Shown: in pieces, positions 61,040 through 64,000 of the stretch | Layout of the letters: every line of letters begins with the position of its first letter | How positions within the stretch are numbered: the first letter of the stretch is position 1 | Assembly (NCBI GenBank): GCA_002269645.1 | Contig: NIVC01001547.1 | Location: forward strand, 62,001 to 126,000 | Direction of reading: 5' to 3' | Length of the DNA: 64,000 bases | Source: Macrostomum lignano | Taxonomy: Eukaryota | Translations under genes and position numbers: made by a program | The notes under the pieces: generated by a model | The model's database searches: none | What the model saw: only the letters and a program-made list of their open reading frames with translations | What the model was told of the DNA's origin: nothing

Positions 61040-61935
61040 TCAATATTCCTTTTATCTGTGGGATCAATATCCTTTAACCTAAAGGATCAATATCCCTGTA
61101 ATCTAAGGGATTAATACCCTGTAATCTATGGGATTAATATCCCTGTAATCTATGGGATCAATATCCCTGTAATCTATGGGATCAATATCCATTTAATATA
61201 TGGGATCAATATCCATTTAATCTATGTTATCAATATCTATCTAATCTATGGGATCAATATCTATCTAATCTATGGGATCAATATCCCTTTGCTTTAATAT
61301 ATGGGACCTATATGCCTTGAATCTATGGGATCAAAATCCTTTAATCTATGGGATCAATATCCCTTTAATATATGGGATCAATATCCCTTTAATCTATGAG
61401 ACCAATATCCCTTTAATCTATGAGACCAATATCCATTGAATCTATGGGATCAATATCCATTTAATCTATGGGATCAATATCCCTTGAATCTATAGGATCA
61501 ATATCCATTTAATCTATGGGATCAATATCCTTGAATCTATGGGATCAATATCCATTTAATCTATGGGATCAATATCCCTTGAATCTATGGGATCAGTATC
61601 CCTTTAATCTATGGCATCAGTATCCCTTTAATCTATGGGACCAATATCCCTTTAATCTATGAGACCAATATCCCTTGAATCTATGGGATCAATATCCATT
61701 TAATCTATGGGATCAATATCCCTTTAATCTATGGGATCAATATCCAGTTAAACTATGGGATCAATAACCATTTAATCTATGGGATCAATATCCCTTTAAT
61801 CTATGGGATCAATATCCAGTTAAACTATGGGATCAATATCCATTTAATCTATGGGATCAATATCCCTTTAATCTATGTGATCAATGTTCTTTTAATCTAT
61901 GGGATCAATATTGATAACTGCCTGGAATCAATATC
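61040..61935. repeat. 24-bp minisatellite containing TGGGATCAATATCCC, ERGIC2 intron 1
   Basis: About 36 units. Confidence 0.96.
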
Positions 61936-61985
61936 CCTAAGTTACTGGATGTGGATAGCACCTGAATGTAAATTCACCCACCTAC

Positions 61986-62468
61986 CTGCATATGCTGCCG
62001 AATAGAAAATCGATTCCTTGATGACTCATCCAACTCAAAATCGGTAGGAATCTCTTCCAACTCAGAGGTACCATGTGTCTCAGTTCCCGTAATATCTAAC
62101 ACATCCATGCCTATAGAGACGCACGGCGAGGCAACAACCAAGTCAACATTGATGAGCATCTCTGCGCTATGGTCAGGATCCACTCCGTAAGCAAACTGCA
62201 CTCTCCGCTCCATGTAATTATTAACTTCAACGCAAACTAGAAGAAACATGAGCAGGAATGTAACCAGGGTGATGCCAGCACCCGAGGCGGTGCCAGAACT
62301 TCGACAATCCTCAGGAAGTTTAGTGAACACATCCAACTTGCGAACTGCTTTGACCATTTCCTCTGATACTGGCGATTTCGCAGCTGATTCGGGTGCACTT
62401 GGCACATTTCGGTGCCTGAGTTCGGTGTCAGACTGAGCTGACTGACTGTTTATGCTAATGTTGCTCAT
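61986..62468 (-). CDS. ERGIC2: ERGIC2 exon 1 (model 62468-61986, 60938-60717, 58641-58498, 57995-57621; 407 aa)
   Basis: VRKLDVFTKLPE...TASGAGITLVTFLLMFLLVCVEV (first TM), INVDLVVASPC..IGMDVLD; CAG|GTAGGT donor phase 0. Confidence 0.93.
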
Positions 62469-62584
62469 TACTACTTTATTAGTTGGTAGCAGTAGTAAGT
62501 CAGGCTGTTTTTTGCATGAAATGAAATTTCAATTATTTGTATTACTTTCTGTAGCCAGGTTTGACTATGCAGTATGAAGGAGTC

Positions 62585-62712
62585 GTGTGTGGCGACCCCC
62601 AGTCCTTGGACTAAACTGCCATATGCAGCCTTCAGATGCGCCATGCAATAGCTGCAGTTGAGCTATCAGTTTGCATATCTACATATTATGGCAGGTGTAT
62701 TTAATTATGATT
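62585..62712 (+). mobile_element. Degraded 5'-truncated copy of SINE family A
   Basis: Aligns to the 3' body of 36962-37269 with CpG-to-TpG/CpA changes. Confidence 0.85.
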
Positions 62713-64000
62713 GTATGCCTAAAATGTAGACATTCAAAACAAAGGCATTAGAGCTATATGCCTTGAGCCATAAATTTGGCCTGAAAAAATTCAGCATACT
62801 GTATACTATATCCAATATGCGTTACATATTGGTGTAGACTTGGAATAGGAAGTATATATGGCCATAGTCTGGTGGTCTAGCATGGCACTCTTATGTGCCA
62901 ACAATCATAGGTTCTATTTCAAGTGCAGACATTAATTTGTTGTCATTTAATTAATAAACTGTTCTATTTCAGAAGTAGATTTAAAATCATCCCTAACCTT
63001 TTATTTATGTCAAAGCCTCTACACAAGTTTTATACTTTCTATAGCTTTATCATTGGCACCCATAGATGCATGCTATCTAGTATTTCTACTACATAAAAAT
63101 GTCTTTAGTCTAAAATTACTATTGGTTTTAACTCATTCATGAAACTCTTACTAATATATATCATATGCCTAGACCTATTGTCATTGAATTAAGGTAGTGC
63201 CAATCATACCCAATTGTTTTTCTTAAAATTACGTCATACAAAAGCTTAAATAAATGTAAATTACTCATATTTTTTCAATCATTTGTATTGCTAATAACTA
63301 AGCCAATGTTCTATATGAATCACTGCATTTTAAGCCTAAGCCAATTCTAATTAGCCTTTTTTAATCAACTTTTATTTGAATTGGACCACAAATAGGGCTA
63401 TCAATAATTTTTATATGAACCAAAACAAAGGTGATAAGCAAATAAAGTATTGAATATATAAATTAAAAGCCTTAAGCCTTAATTGTAAGATAAGATATAA
63501 TTATATTTAATCATAAATTATTGCTCAGATAAACAAAACAAAGTTGGAAAGGATTAGGATTTACCAGAAAAAAACAACTTTGCTTAGGGCTAGGCAAGAA
63601 AGCTTACTCTTAAATAAAATGTAAAAATATAATAAAGCCTATCATTGGGCATCTTTCATCCTTAATAATTCTAGCCTATCTAGAGTTATTTGTCCATGGG
63701 ACATAAAACAACCAAGTTCTTATTTCAAAGAAAGCTCTGAGACTTATCTGTACTATACCATTAAATGACCACCCAGCTACAATTACGACTACCCTCCCCT
63801 AGAATTCGAGGACCAAATTCTTGAGAGAATTGAAGTAAAACAGGAGAAAAATTTTGTTGCAGTTTTCTGTGCAATTTTCCAAATTTATTTGTGGAAATAC
63901 AACACTGGCAAGAAGTCAATGGTTAAAAAACTGCCCAGCAGCTTAAAGTTTTCTTTTCTCCACCCCTACCTTAAGGACAATGGCAATATGTGACGCTGAC

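Noticed and set aside
63770-63997. Short plus-strand open frame and a minus-strand AAG|GTAGGG donor-like site at about 63970
   Set aside because: No recognisable homology and cut by the window edge; cannot be supported as an exon.

Overview
Eukaryotic, invertebrate-animal DNA with short GC3-rich exons separated by introns and intergenic DNA packed with mini/microsatellites (roughly half the window). The style resembles the free-living flatworm Macrostomum; that assignment is inference, not proven. Seven protein-coding genes were reconstructed by hand from GT-AG splice sites and homology: (1) an orphan 190-aa intronless ORF (-, 565-1137); (2) a 3-exon globin (+, 159 aa) with the ancestral B12.2/G7.0 introns; (3) QRSL1/GatA (-, 3 exons, 523 aa); (4) CHIC1/2-like (-, 4 exons, 170 aa); (5) an NPY/NPF-receptor-like GPCR (+, 3 exons, 476 aa); (6) an Lst2/ZFYVE28-like gene (+); (7) ERGIC2/Erv41 (-, 4 exons, 407 aa). 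Mobile DNA comprises two tRNA-derived SINE families, hAT-type MITEs with 8-bp TSDs, a GG..CC TIR element, a decayed RTE-like LINE 3' end and a decayed IS630/Tc1-like transposase. The main finding is a second, fully canonical FYVE domain in a different reading frame directly after the degenerate FYVE of the Lst2-like gene; it is absent from the ORF track and implies a tandem-FYVE Lst2 or frame-switch isoforms. Other leads are a CLEAR/E-box array upstream of that gene, inverted arrays flanking an in-frame ERGIC2 exon, regional CpG decay measurable on SINE copies, and arrays that appear to lie inside 3'UTRs. No CRISPR array, rRNA or true tRNA gene is supported.
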